This document shows positions 29,590 through 42,682 of a stretch of 64,000 bases of DNA, piece by piece. The notes under the pieces are model-generated. The model worked only from the letters and a program-made list of their open reading frames with translations. It did not search any database and had not been told where the DNA came from. Position numbers and translations under genes: made by a program. The DNA is from Octopus vulgaris (taxonomy: Eukaryota). Numbering within the stretch: position 1 is the stretch's first letter; each line of letters begins with the position of its first letter. Location: assembly GCA_951406725.2 (NCBI GenBank), contig OX597824.1, positions 8,556,001 through 8,620,000 on the forward strand, in the 5' to 3' direction.

Positions 29590-29749
29590 CTAATGTGTCC
29601 ATCTGTTTTAATTTAATTTAATTTTATGTATTTATGCAGCTGAGCATTGCTCAGCATTTAAATTGATGTAATGGTTGCATTGTTCAATTAAATGGAGTTG
29701 CTTGAAACGTTCGTAATGCATTACCTCAGTATATACTGTTGCGTATTTT

Positions 29750-29784
<35 letters not shown>

Positions 29785-29809
29785 GACACAAAAATGTTAT
29801 ATATTTTAC

Positions 29810-29959
29810 CTGCAAAAAGAGATCCGTTCCGACCGTCGGAACAAATGTTTGAGGTGAACCACGACACGATCTTGTGACATAGGCTGCCACGACAAATATT
29901 ACGGCTCCAGCTATTCCAACACCAATTGGCACCAGGACACTTATTAAATATTTCTTATC
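29810..29959 (-). CDS. Internal exon encoding a transmembrane helix (DKKYLISVLVPIGVGIAGAVIFVVAAYVTRSCRGSPQTFVPTVGTDLFLQ)
   Basis: Acceptor ttttttttctttccttttcAG, donor CAG|GTAAAA, exactly 150 nt, open frame, about 23-residue hydrophobic run followed by basic residues. Confidence 0.85.
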
Positions 29960-30053
29960 CTGAAAAGGAAAGAAAAAAAATATGTATTAATGATTTTTCT
30001 TGGAAAGATTTCTATCAAACGATAATAGTAACAACAACAACAAAAAAAATCAC

Positions 30054-30320
30054 GTAGATAACGGGTGAAGAAATTCGGCCAAAGCGCTGCGCCGAAGAAT
30101 CGAACCTCAAAGCATGGTTTTGCGAAACGTACATTCATTCTTGCGTCCATCTTCATGAAGTCGATGAATATGGGGCTGAGTTTCAGGTATACGAATATTT
30201 TTATGAAGAATGTGATGGTTTGGCGTAAATATACCGAAAAGTGTCGATAGGAATAGGCTTGAGCGGAAACAGTTATTCGAAACGCAATTGTTCGAAGCAA
30301 CAGATGCCCGAATAAAAAAT
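30054..30320 (-). CDS. Candidate upstream exon (5' UTR plus start) of the membrane-protein gene; donor ambiguous
   Basis: Non-repetitive, GC-richer block. Phase-0 options: MKMDARMN|GTACGT (30156-30133) or MYVSQ...SSPVIY|GTGATT (30134-30054). Confidence 0.4.
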
Positions 30321-31671
30321 TAACCGAATTATTATTGTAATTATTAATATTGGAAATACGAAAAATAGACGAAAAGAAAATATGTGATATTGTTGCGTTT
30401 TATTAAAATATTTTAAAAAATAACTTGTTACACAATACATAATACGCATACATATTTTTGTGTGTGTGTGTGTGTGTTACGTTCATTTTTACAATCTAAA
30501 ATTACTGGTTTTTAGACAGTAAACACAAATACATTCCCACTCACGTTCACATAGGAGCTACTTTTTTCTTTTACATTTTTACGCTTGTTACATTTTAATA
30601 AAAGAAATTGCTTTAATAAAACACGACAGTTCAATCTTTGTCTTAATATTTTAATATTTTAATATTTTTCTACAACTATTTTAATTATGTACCATAATTC
30701 AATTAATTATTGATTCCAACTCCCTAATTTTAATGTGTCATTAAAAACGAAATAAAATTGTTTTAGCGAGAAAAGTTACATTAGAAAATAACAACAATTT
30801 ATAGAATTATTTTGAAACTGGTGAAGGTCATTTGTTTTATAAAATAAATTTTTATTTAATTTTCTTCGTAGACGTTTTCTCTCGTGATGCCAATGTGTTT
30901 CGCTGGAACCAAATTTGAAAGAAAATTTGCCTAACGCTGATTAGTTTCGTGTCGTTGCCATGCTTCAAACACGAATATTCTAAAGATAAATACTTTAAAG
31001 GCAAATTCAACACAGCTTGGTCAATTTACGTGAATAGGTTTTGTCGATTAGAATTAATCTGTGGCTAGGAAATAGCTGCAGCTTTACCGTCTACACTTCC
31101 GGTGTTGAAAATTAAAAACAAAAGAGAGCAAAAGAGGAAAAGAGAAAGTGGTAGAAGGAGGAGATGGAGAATCGATTCCAGTACTCTATTGGTACTTTTT
31201 TTTTGATAGCGAAAAAAAAAAATGAAATGCGAAGTTGACCTCAGCGGGATTTGAACTCAAAGCACAAAGAGCCTGGGCTAATACCAAAAATGATGCTGTT
31301 ACCAATCTGCCAATTCGCTGCCAACTTCTTGTAAAGCTAGAGTTTAACTTCCATTGGGAAGGGTTGAAAATTGCTTGGTTTCTGCTTTATTTCTATTACA
31401 AGGCAAATATAAAAATAGGCGTTATATTTATTTCAACCATTTGACTGCAGCCATGCTGGAGCACTGCCTTTAGTCGAACAAATCTAACCCAGGACTTATT
31501 CTTTGTAAGCCTACTACTTATTCTATCAGTCTCTTTTGCTGAACCGTTAAGTTACGGGGACCTAAAAACGCCAACATTGGTTGTCAAGCGATGGCGGAGG
31601 AACAAACACAGACGCACTAATATTTACACATATACATACATACATGTATATATATAAATATAAATATAAAT

Positions 31672-31763
<92 letters not shown>

Positions 31764-31923
31764 CAACAGCAGCACGAAGTTTTGTCAGTGAACAGGTCTC
31801 GAACTGTGTGTTTCTTAAATGGCTTATAAACACCTTCCACGTTGCAATTGTTTTCGTTCCAGCACACGATCTCAGATCAAATCACTCGCTATGCAAGTAC
31901 ATCTCCTTAATATATATATATAC

Positions 31924-31969
<46 letters not shown>

Positions 31970-32148
31970 TAATAACACCTGCATATGTGCATGTATGTTA
32001 ATAACCACACCTGTGTATAAATATGTATGTATAATATCTGGCATAATTTCACAAGACATATAGTGTCCGTATCTAACAGTTGCCGAGTTCCTATCTAATG
32101 AGGGAGTGTATAGACGAAATACCAGTCCTTTGTTTTGGCACAATTTCA

Positions 32149-32520
32149 GCCGCCATAGTAGGTTTTGCTAACGAGGTATATTGACGACATGATGTAATAT
32201 TCCGGGTAGATGTTGGCGCAGTTTTTGTAAACATAGTACTTATACTGATTGTGTATAGTGCTATGGTCTAAGATTCGGGTAGATCTTTGGAAATCTTCCA
32301 ACAGACGTCGCGTTGTTTTTATGTAAAGGGTAAGAATATGCGTAGCATAGTTTTGGCATCTCTCCAACAGACGCAGTATTTCTATAAAACGGGTGTGTGT
32401 GTGTGTGTGTGTGTTTGAGCGCGTGGGTTGCATATAGATGTCTGTCGGGTAGATGTCTGGAACGGTTTCAACTGTGCGCAGACGGCCGTTTTTATCTAAC
32501 GTGTTGCTATGGCAGAGGTT
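32149..32520. promoter_or_regulatory. CpG-containing promoter-like motif cluster
   Basis: CGGGTAGAT x3, CCAACAGACG x2, RFX-like GTTGCTATGGCAGA, ATGGCGGC on the minus strand. Confidence 0.3.
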
Positions 32521-32732
32521 GGTAAACTCGCCGATTGATTTCTTTTTGTTTTTTTTACTTGAATACGAAGAAACGAAAGTGAAAGTACAAAGAAAGAAAG
32601 AAGAAAAGGAAGAAAGTAAAAAAGAGGAGGAAAGTAGAAAAGAGAAAAGAAAAAATCAAATCACACACATATATACATATATACATGCATATACATATAT
32701 GCATATATATGTATATACATACATATATATAC

Positions 32733-32880
<148 letters not shown>

Positions 32881-33089
32881 TTGTTTCTTTAGCATACACA
32901 GGTACGTAATGTCGGAATGGTTAGCAAGTCCGGTTTACAATCAGAGGGCTCTGTTTTCGATTCTGCTACGCGGCACTGTGGGCATTATCCGTTTCGACTA
33001 CGACGCTAACCCATGATGCCATCATACGTTGTGAGTAATACTGGGGTAACGGAAACCATGTAGGAGTCCATCGGATGGATTTTAAGGTC

Positions 33090-33370
33090 AAGCCATGTCA
33101 CACAGTGTCGTGCAAATTCCGCCAGTTTAATGCAGAATACATTAGTTCCTTTGATTAAACTACTAGATCCATTTAATAACACAAACACACACACACAGAA
33201 ACACATACATACATCCACCAGTACATATACACACACATATATACACACTGACATACGAATACACACAGATATATAGTGTGCTTTGCTCAAGGACACAACA
33301 TACCACCTGGAATTGAACCCACGACAATATGATCGGGAGATGAACATCCTCTAACCACTGAGCCATCCGC
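33090..33370 (-). mobile_element. CORE-like SINE interrupted by microsatellite
   Basis: TTGCTCAAGGACACAAC...GGAATTGAACCC...CTAACCACTGAGCCAT. Confidence 0.7.
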
Positions 33371-34071
33371 CCTGCCGTTTGGTGGGGGTTATAAATCAGC
33401 AAATTATGACAGCCGACATTGCCGTTCATGAAACAAATGGCCGGTCATTGTTAGAAATTTAGCGATATTGTTACTAAGAAAGAATGGCAATAGGTAGACG
33501 AATAGCTGACAGAAAAGGTTCTAAGAAACTGCATTCAAACGCAAAGTCCTTCAAAAAACTCAAACGGTGATGAAAAACAAGATGGAGGAATAAATAAAAT
33601 AGATTTGGCAAAAATTCTGGACAGGGCGCTCACAGCCTAAATATATATAGAGATAAACGGAGGCCCAGTGCTGGGAATAGATGAAGGGAAACTTTTCGCT
33701 AATCCACTTGTGTTGTCCTTCCCGAAAGGCTCATGGCGCGTGGCTTAGTGGTAAGGGTGTTTGCACTTATGATCGCTGGATCGTGCGTTCGATTCCCCGA
33801 CCAGGCGGTGCATTGTGTTCTTGAGTAAAACACTTTATTTCACGTTGCTCTGCGAGTGGGAAAGCGGCAGAATCGTTCGAGCATCGGCAGAGATGCTTTA
33901 CGGTATGACTTCCGGCTCTCTACATTCTGAGTTCAAATCCCACCTCCTTGGAGAAAGCAACTGGGAATTACACAGGTGTTCATCCTAGATCTAGTCAGAG
34001 TAGCCGAATTCCAGTAGTCTGCTTAACGACGGCAGAGGAGGGTACGAGCCCTCCAAGGTCGTATAGTATAG

Positions 34072-34372
34072 AGGCACATGGCCTAGTGGCTAGAGCAGTG
34101 GACTCGCGGTTGAGGGATCGCGGGTTCAAATCTCAGACCGGGCGATGTGTGTGTTTATGAGCGAAACACCTAAGCTCCACGCGGCTCCAGCAGAAGGTAA
34201 TGGCGAACTTCTGCTGATTCTTTCGCCACAACTTTCTCTCATTCTTTCCTCCTGCATCATGCAGCTCACCTGCGATGGACCGGCGTCCCATCCAGGTGGG
34301 GAACCTAAACGTCAAGGAAACCGGGAAACCGGCCCTTATGAGCCAGGCATGGCTTGAGAAAGAACAAACAAG
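34072..34372 (+). mobile_element. tRNA-derived SINE, separate family
   Basis: A box TGGCCTAGTGG, B box GGTTCAAATC, tail GGAAACCGGGAAACCGGCCCTTATGAGCC...AACAAACAA. Confidence 0.75.
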
Positions 34373-34854
34373 GTCGTATAGAGAATACAAAAGTAGGCTC
34401 ACATGTACAAGACCTGTCCAAGAGCAGACTACCGCTAGACATCTTGGTTGGAGGACCTCTAGATCAAAGACATTCGACTTGTGATCATCTCTTTATTTAG
34501 AGAGTATGTATTTACTGTGCCTGTTAAACGAACTCTTTCCTTATTTAAGATGGTACTGTGTAATTTTAGGGAGATTTCATTATTATTTCTAGCAGAGAGA
34601 TTGACCATACAAATTTCCTTGCTGGTGCGTGGTTGAATTGTTTACCGCTTGACCACCTGGTTCTAGGCTCGAAACCGCTTGCACGACGCTGAGAGTGACC
34701 TCCCCCATCAAGCGAGCGGAATTTGGTTGTGAGAATCCGTCATAAATACAAACGCAGACACACACACATACAGACATGGGCGTGCACACACACATGAATG
34801 CGCTCTCACATACATGTAATATGTTAAAAATTAAGAGTACTCCATATACAATTG

Positions 34855-34899
<45 letters not shown>

Positions 34900-35089
34900 T
34901 ATATGATTTTATATATATGTATATACACACACAAAAATATATAAAACATTCACAAACACACATCCGTATATGTGTATATATATATATATATACATATATA
35001 CATATATATACATGTACATGTATATATATATATATGTATTTATATGTGTATATATATATATGTATATATATAAATGCATACATACATAT

Positions 35090-35130
<41 letters not shown>

Positions 35131-35347
35131 CATATACATATATGTATAAAAACATATTTATGTAAACATAAAGAACCTGCCTAGTCACAAACATGTACAC
35201 ACGTGAACACACACACGGGCAGACACACACAAACACACACAAGCACAAACACACACACACATACACATACACTTGCTTGTATATATATTTCGGTGATCTA
35301 TATTATATCGGTGAGAAAATCGATAAACCGGGTCTTTCGAACAATAA

Positions 35348-35488
35348 ATCCTTTGTGATATTTGTTCCGCCTCATTTGCGCAGACAATATCGGCTCACTC
35401 CCGCCATCATAAAAGCAGTGAACCAGTGATTGGCCGTTAAAAACCTGTATCCAAACGACGCTATTGTTTACAACATGCAATAGAAAAT
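35348..35488. promoter_or_regulatory. Duplicated non-coding island X, copy 2
   Basis: Paralogous to 8322-8466, same orientation. Confidence 0.5.
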
Positions 35489-35908
35489 AAAAAATATATC
35501 TAAAAAAATATACAAATAAAATAAGTAATTACTGTTTAGAACGGCGGTGAATCGAATAAGGAAAATAAATAACAAAAGTTTAAAAGAGTTAAAAGAGAAA
35601 AATAAAATACTAAAAGAAAACAATAGAATGAAAAATAAATAACTATAAAGCAAAAAACACGCAATAGATTTGATCGTTATTTACATGTACATATATACAC
35701 ATATATGGGTATATATATACATACATATATATACATATACATACATATATATATATATATAAATTTATATTTGTACAAACACACACACATATATATATAT
35801 ATATACATACACACATGCATAAACTCATAATGTAAATATATATACATACTTATATATACATACATATATACATATATGTATATATATAGATATATATACA
35901 TATATGTA

Positions 35909-35947
<39 letters not shown>

Positions 35948-36654
35948 CATCTATTTATATATATATATATACATAAATATACATGTAGATATATGTATAT
36001 TATATTGATATATATAAATACATATATATATATACATACACATACGCACATGAATACAAACATGTATATGTATATATGTATATATGTATATACATATCTC
36101 ATTATATTATACATATTTATTTTTATACTTATATTTATTTTTATATATATGCATATGTTTATATATATATATATATATTTATATATATACATATATATAT
36201 ATATATACATACATATACATACATATACATACACGCATACACACACACATATATATATATATATTAGCCTGTTTTGTTTTTTCCAGTGTAACGATAATGT
36301 TAACGTGTAATACACAAACTTGAGTGGCTAAATCAATATAACAAGATGGCGGTTTATTAACAAAAAGGCAACGCTAAAAGCTAATATCGTGACTCTTAAC
36401 TATCGACTAATTGATGCCTGAACTATTCGTAGTAATGTGTAAATAACAAATATAAGTCTCTCACTAAATATTAGTTGATGACCACAATGGTAAGCCATGG
36501 CTAGTTAGTTCTGCTCAGAGGATAAATAAATAAATAGCTTAGAGACGCCATCCGCATAATAAAAAAGCATATTTTAGTTAGGGTTAAAGTATATATGCCT
36601 TGTGATAGAATTAGATAGATGGACACTGAAGCTCGTTGTATATGTGTGATTGTA

Positions 36655-36744
<90 letters not shown>

Positions 36745-36923
36745 CATACCTACCTACCTACCTACCTATGTATGTATGTATGTATGTATCTATCTATCTA
36801 TATGTCTGTCTATCTATCTATCTATCTATCTCTCTCTCTTTCTTTCTCTTTCTCTTTCTCTCCTTTCTTTCTCTTTCTTTCTCTCTCTCTCTCTCTTTCT
36901 CCCTCTCCCTGTCTCTGTCTATC

Positions 36924-36988
<65 letters not shown>

Positions 36989-37844
36989 TTATTATTGTGG
37001 TTAGTGCGGAAGAGAACTCCGATTTTATTTCGGCATATCCATGACATCATCATTGAAACACACTTCACTGTACATCGTCGAAGTATTGACGAGAGCATCA
37101 TTAAGCAAATATGCTACGATGTACAATGGCTGGTGTATAGAAACAGAATTGTTTAGGGAGATGATCGTATCATTAAGAAACTTTTAAAAAGATCCATACT
37201 GCGAAACATATTAATTTGATGTCATGCATAAACCTGTTACCCGTTGGTTTAAAAGTGATGTTCACACAGATAAGAACGGTAATCTATCCCTGAACACCTG
37301 CAGTTCTATCGTATCTCATTTGCAATTAAGGTGCTGAAAATGAGCATCCAGTGACTCAGGTGCAAAATGATTAGAGAAAGATTGTAGATAATGCACCACA
37401 GTGTGAAATCAATGATTTCTATATGTTTATAGGTAATTTATAGATTTATTTTTTCTTCTGTTAGGTCGTTGTCTTCATATTTTTTGCCGCTGCTTTTAGT
37501 AGATTTATAGAAATGTCAATATTGTGTGTGTTTTTCTGGTTGTTTGTTTAAGACTAATTTATTTGCAGGTAACTCAAGGAAAAAGAAAAAGAAAAAGAAT
37601 TTAAAGCTTTCTGATAGTAGCTTATGCACATGTGTGAAGGTGTTGAATAAACGTAAACGTTTAGGCGTCAGAAGAAATGTTTGCAGTATTTGTTCCGTAT
37701 GTCTAGGTTCTGAGTTCAAATTCTGCAAAGCCGAAAAAATGAAATTCTATCAATTTGTTTTCACATCGACTCTTCTTACGGAAATTTTATTTGATTGATA
37801 ACAACACAAGTACAAACATAACTTAGACATTATATCATTACTCA

Positions 37845-38350
37845 AAGGCGGCGAGCTAGCAGAAAGGTTAGCACGCCGAGCAGAATGCATAGCGGTATTT
37901 CGTCTGCGTTACGTTGTGAGTTCGAATTCCGCCGAGGTCGACTTTGCCTTTCATCCTTTCGGGGTCGATAAATTAAGTACCAGTTACGCACTGGGGTCGA
38001 TGTAATCGACTTAATACCTATGTCTGTCCTTGTTTGTCCCCTCTGTGTTTAGCCCCTTGTGGGTAATAAAGAAATAGGTATTTCGTCTGCCGCTACGTTC
38101 TGAGTCTAAATTCCGCCGTGGTCGACTTTGCCTTTCATCCTTTCGGGGTCGATAAATTAAGTACCAGTTACGTACTGGGGTCGATATAATCGACTTAATC
38201 CGTTTGTCTGTCCTTGTTTGTACCCTCTGTGTGTAACCCCTTGTGGGCAGTAAAGAAATAAGAAACGTTAGCATGCCGGACGAAATGCTTAGCAGTTACG
38301 CACTGGGGGTCGATGTAATTGACTTAATCCCTTTGTCTGTCCTTGTTTGA
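37845..38350 (+). mobile_element. SINE family A, dimer plus a deleted third unit
   Basis: Starts AAGGCGGCGAGCTAGCAGAA; internal junction GAAATAG|GTATTTCGTCTG. Confidence 0.9.
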
Positions 38351-38799
38351 AATTTAAGTTAGGAAAAGAAAGATGGCCGATGGTCACGTGTGATCAACGA
38401 GAGAGCAAAGGCGGAAGGTTGAGAGAAAGAGACTGGCAGACAGAGATTATATAGATTTATATAATCTAGTGGTAATCACAAAATAAAAGAATGAAGCTCG
38501 TTTAGTGGACCTGGCTATATACCACATAATAAGCCAATATGTAAGAGTGTAACGCAGGGTCCTATGCAGTTGAAATCTCATAAACGCAATCCGCGAAGAT
38601 TATTTCAGCAGGAGTTTGTAGAATATGAAGAAATTGAGGTGTGAGACGAATACATTTATTTCACCAATTGATATTCTATGAATAAATATATTCATCTCAT
38701 ACTTCCTGACTTTCTCCATATTCTGAAGGATGTATCATGCGCGGGGACATAGAAATAATCGGACTGAATACCCGATCGCGCAGTTAAACAATTGGAAAT

Positions 38800-39078
38800 G
38801 AAGGACTCCTAGCCTTTGTTAGGGCATCCTTCTAGGAGAAGGTAACTCAGGTAACTGGGATAACTCCGACATAAAACCTGCGGCTCAGTGGTTACCGATG
38901 ATGTTGACTTGTTCTTCTTTTCGGATCATGGCTGCTGTTGCTTAGTGAGTGGGATTGACTCAGTGCACAGCCTTTCCTCACTTAAAAAAATATCTTCTTG
39001 CACAGGTATTGAACGATAACAACATTGATTAAGCTTCGTGCAATGGCCATACTCGATAACGAGAGGGGGCAGCCATCA
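38800..39078 (+). mobile_element. RTE-type 5'-region remnant
   Basis: AGCCTTTGTTAGGGCATCCTTCTAGGAGAAGGTAACTC resembles RTE 5' UTR motifs (recalled, not searched). Confidence 0.4.
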
Positions 39079-39154
39079 TGTATCTATATATCTATATATT
39101 TATGTGAGATACAAATAAGATAATAATATATTTTCAAATACACTAACGCTGATA

Positions 39155-39313
39155 GAACAGCAGAGACAGGATAAAATATCCATAAAAGGCGGGGACTCGA
39201 AATCGTATCTCTTTGATTACCGGTCAATTGATTTATCAGTTAAGCTAAACCGTCCACTGTCAATGGGCGGTTTTTCTGGTTTGTATGGATATTTTGTCCT
39301 TTCTCTGCTGTTC
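39155..39313. mobile_element. Inverted repeat enclosing a degenerate tRNA-like sequence
   Basis: 30-nt arms GAACAGCAGAGACAGGATAAAATATCCATA / TATGGATATTTTGTCCTTTCTCTGCTGTTC; interior minus strand TAGCTTAACTGATAAA..TTGACCGGTAATCAA..TTCGAGTCCC. Confidence 0.55.
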
Positions 39314-39472
39314 GGTCAGCGTTTGTGCGTTTGAAAGTTTATGATTATCTTATTTGTATCTAACAATACACATTTCAGAGCTTCTAAGGCAAACACTGGC
39401 TTGTTTACATTTATCGTATATATATATATATGTGCGTGTGTGTGAGTATAAATATATATATATATACGCACA

Positions 39473-39584
39473 GATAGAAAAGGGAGGAGCCATGGTGGAG
39501 TTGCAATGTACATCCGAGATGACCTCACGCCCCAGGTCCTGCTGTCATATTCAAACTCAGTATGTGAAACTCAAATTTGGGTTT
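39473..39584 (+). mobile_element. LINE apurinic endonuclease fragment (CR1/L2-like)
   Basis: [37 protein letters not shown] matches the DR...GGV..YI....E..WV motif. Confidence 0.7.
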
Positions 39585-39627
<43 letters not shown>

Positions 39628-39673
39628 GCTCATTCATGGTGCCACATGTATATGTATATATATATATATATAC

Positions 39674-39717
<44 letters not shown>

Positions 39718-39725
39718 GTGTATAT

Positions 39726-39756
<31 letters not shown>

Positions 39757-39777
39757 CAAGCATATATATGTACATGC

Positions 39778-39811
<34 letters not shown>

Positions 39812-40239
39812 GTATTATATATTTGTAGCATGCTTAACGGTCGTCGACTATTTTCAATCGATCTGTCGATCGATTGAGTAAACTGAAAGATGAATGCACA
39901 CAAAATGCATCTCAGAAACAGTTGTAAGTCTACATTGCACATGCATTTTCTTGTGTATGTGTGCGAGTATATATATATATATAATATATATATATATATG
40001 TATGTATAAATGTGTGTGTGTCTGTGTGTGTATAAATAAATAGATTGATAGATGGATAGATACACACACACACACACACACATATATATACACACATACA
40101 TGCATATCCATAAATGTATACATTTGGATAGATATTGAAACACATATGTGTGTATGAGTGTGTATAGGCATATATGTATATATGTGTGAACGTGCGTTCG
40201 TGTGGGTACACATACACACATATACATGTATAGCTAGAT

Positions 40240-41005
<766 letters not shown>

Positions 41006-41439
41006 GACACACAAACACACACACAGACACACACACACACATACACACACACACACACACACACTCACATACGCTGACACACATTCATATGCACTCTTAC
41101 ACGCGCACACACGCGCACACATACAGATATACATACACATACATATACATAATATTTCCATTAATGCAATGTTCTTATAATTACAATCGAATCAGTTGAA
41201 CGCACACATATACACACTCACACATCCACACACACACACATAAACACATATATACATATAAGCTTATATACTGACCTAGATATAAGCACACTTATACCTG
41301 TACATACGTATACACATCTGAGAACGTGAACAGAAACATACATTCTAAGATGGCGCGCTAACAAGCAAACACACATTCACATACACACGCTGGAACATCA
41401 ATGTCCAATTTGAGCCGAAAATTATGTACTCGACACACA

Positions 41440-42195
41440 CACTCTTTCTCTTTCTCTCTCTCTCACTGTCTTCCTCTGTCTCTCTCTCTCTCACTGTCTC
41501 CCCCTCTCTCTCTCTCTGTTTCCCTCTGTCTGTCTGTATGTCTCTCTCATTGTCTCCCTCTGTCTCTCTCTCTGTCTCTCTCTGTCTCTCTCTCTCTCTC
41601 ACTGTCTCTCTCTGTCTGTCTCTCTCTCACTGTCTCCTTCTGTCTCTCTCTCTCTCTGTCTCCCTCTGTCTCTCTTTCTCTCTGTCTCCCTCTGTCTGTC
41701 TCTCTCTCATTGTCTCCCTCTGTCTCTCTCTGTCTCTCTCTCTCACTGTCTCCCTCTGTCTCTCTCTCTCACTGTCTTCCTCTGTCTCTCACTGTCTCCC
41801 TATGTCTCACTCTTTCTCTTTCTCTCTCTCTCACTGTCTTCCTCTGTCTCTCTCTCTCTCACTGTCTCCCTCTCTCTCTCTCTGTTTCCCTCTGTCTGTC
41901 TGTATGTCTCTCTCATTGTCTCCCTCTGTCTCTCTCTCTGTCTCTCTCTCTCACTGTCTCTCTCTGTCTGTCTCTCTCTCACTGTCTCCTTCTGTCTCTC
42001 TCTCTCTGTCTCCCTCTGTCTCTCTCTCTCTCTGTCTCCCTCTGTCTGTCTCTTTCTCATTGTCTCCCTCTGTCTCTCTCTGTCTCTCTCTCTCACTGTC
42101 TCCCTCTGTCTCTCTCTCTCACTGTCTTCCTCTGTTTCTCTCTCTCACTGTCTCCCTCTGTCTCACTCTTTCTCTCTCTCTCTCTCTCTCTCTCA
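41440..42195. repeat. Complex pyrimidine satellite (CTCTCACTGTCTCCCTCTGT-like) with higher-order duplication
   Basis: Direct reading; marker TGTTTCCCTCTGTCTGTCTGTATG recurs about 365 nt apart. Confidence 0.9.
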
Positions 42196-42682
42196 AATAT
42201 CAGCTAACTGACTCAGCAGCTAGATCATGTAATTATAAAGAAAAAATGAAAATATAATAGAAGAGTCTCCAGAAATTTCTCTGAGGAACATTTAGAAAGA
42301 AAGTATTTAGCGACAGCTTTGATTGAACAGACCTATGATCAAATGCCATGCCAACCGTGACTGTCCAGTGTTTTCCCTAGTTTCACTTTATCTATGTTTT
42401 TTTTTAATGTTTTCCCCCGTATTACATTACTCTATGTTCGAACAAAGTGATGGCGGCTTCCTCTTTCTATGGTGACGGAGTAAGTAAAAGGATGTTGAAT
42501 CAACTGGGAATCGAAATCGTATCTAATAGATATATAAGGTTTTGAACCTTAGATGGTTAGTTCCTGGATTTTTATCCAGGAATTGAAACCGCATACTAAA
42601 TGTTTCTGCAAGCTTCTCTCCTTTGTTCTCGGCATTTGTGCTCAGAAATTTACAAAAGTCAACTATCATACTGTGTTCAAGA

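Noticed and set aside
35298-35480. Coding reading of island X (LSAQMRRNKYHKG versus [13 protein letters not shown])
   Set aside because: Differences between copies are mostly non-synonymous, with frame-breaking indels and a stop upstream in copy 1
38620-38724. Imperfect inverted repeat
   Set aside because: One arm recurs at about 55712-55752, so it is an ordinary dispersed-repeat fold-back
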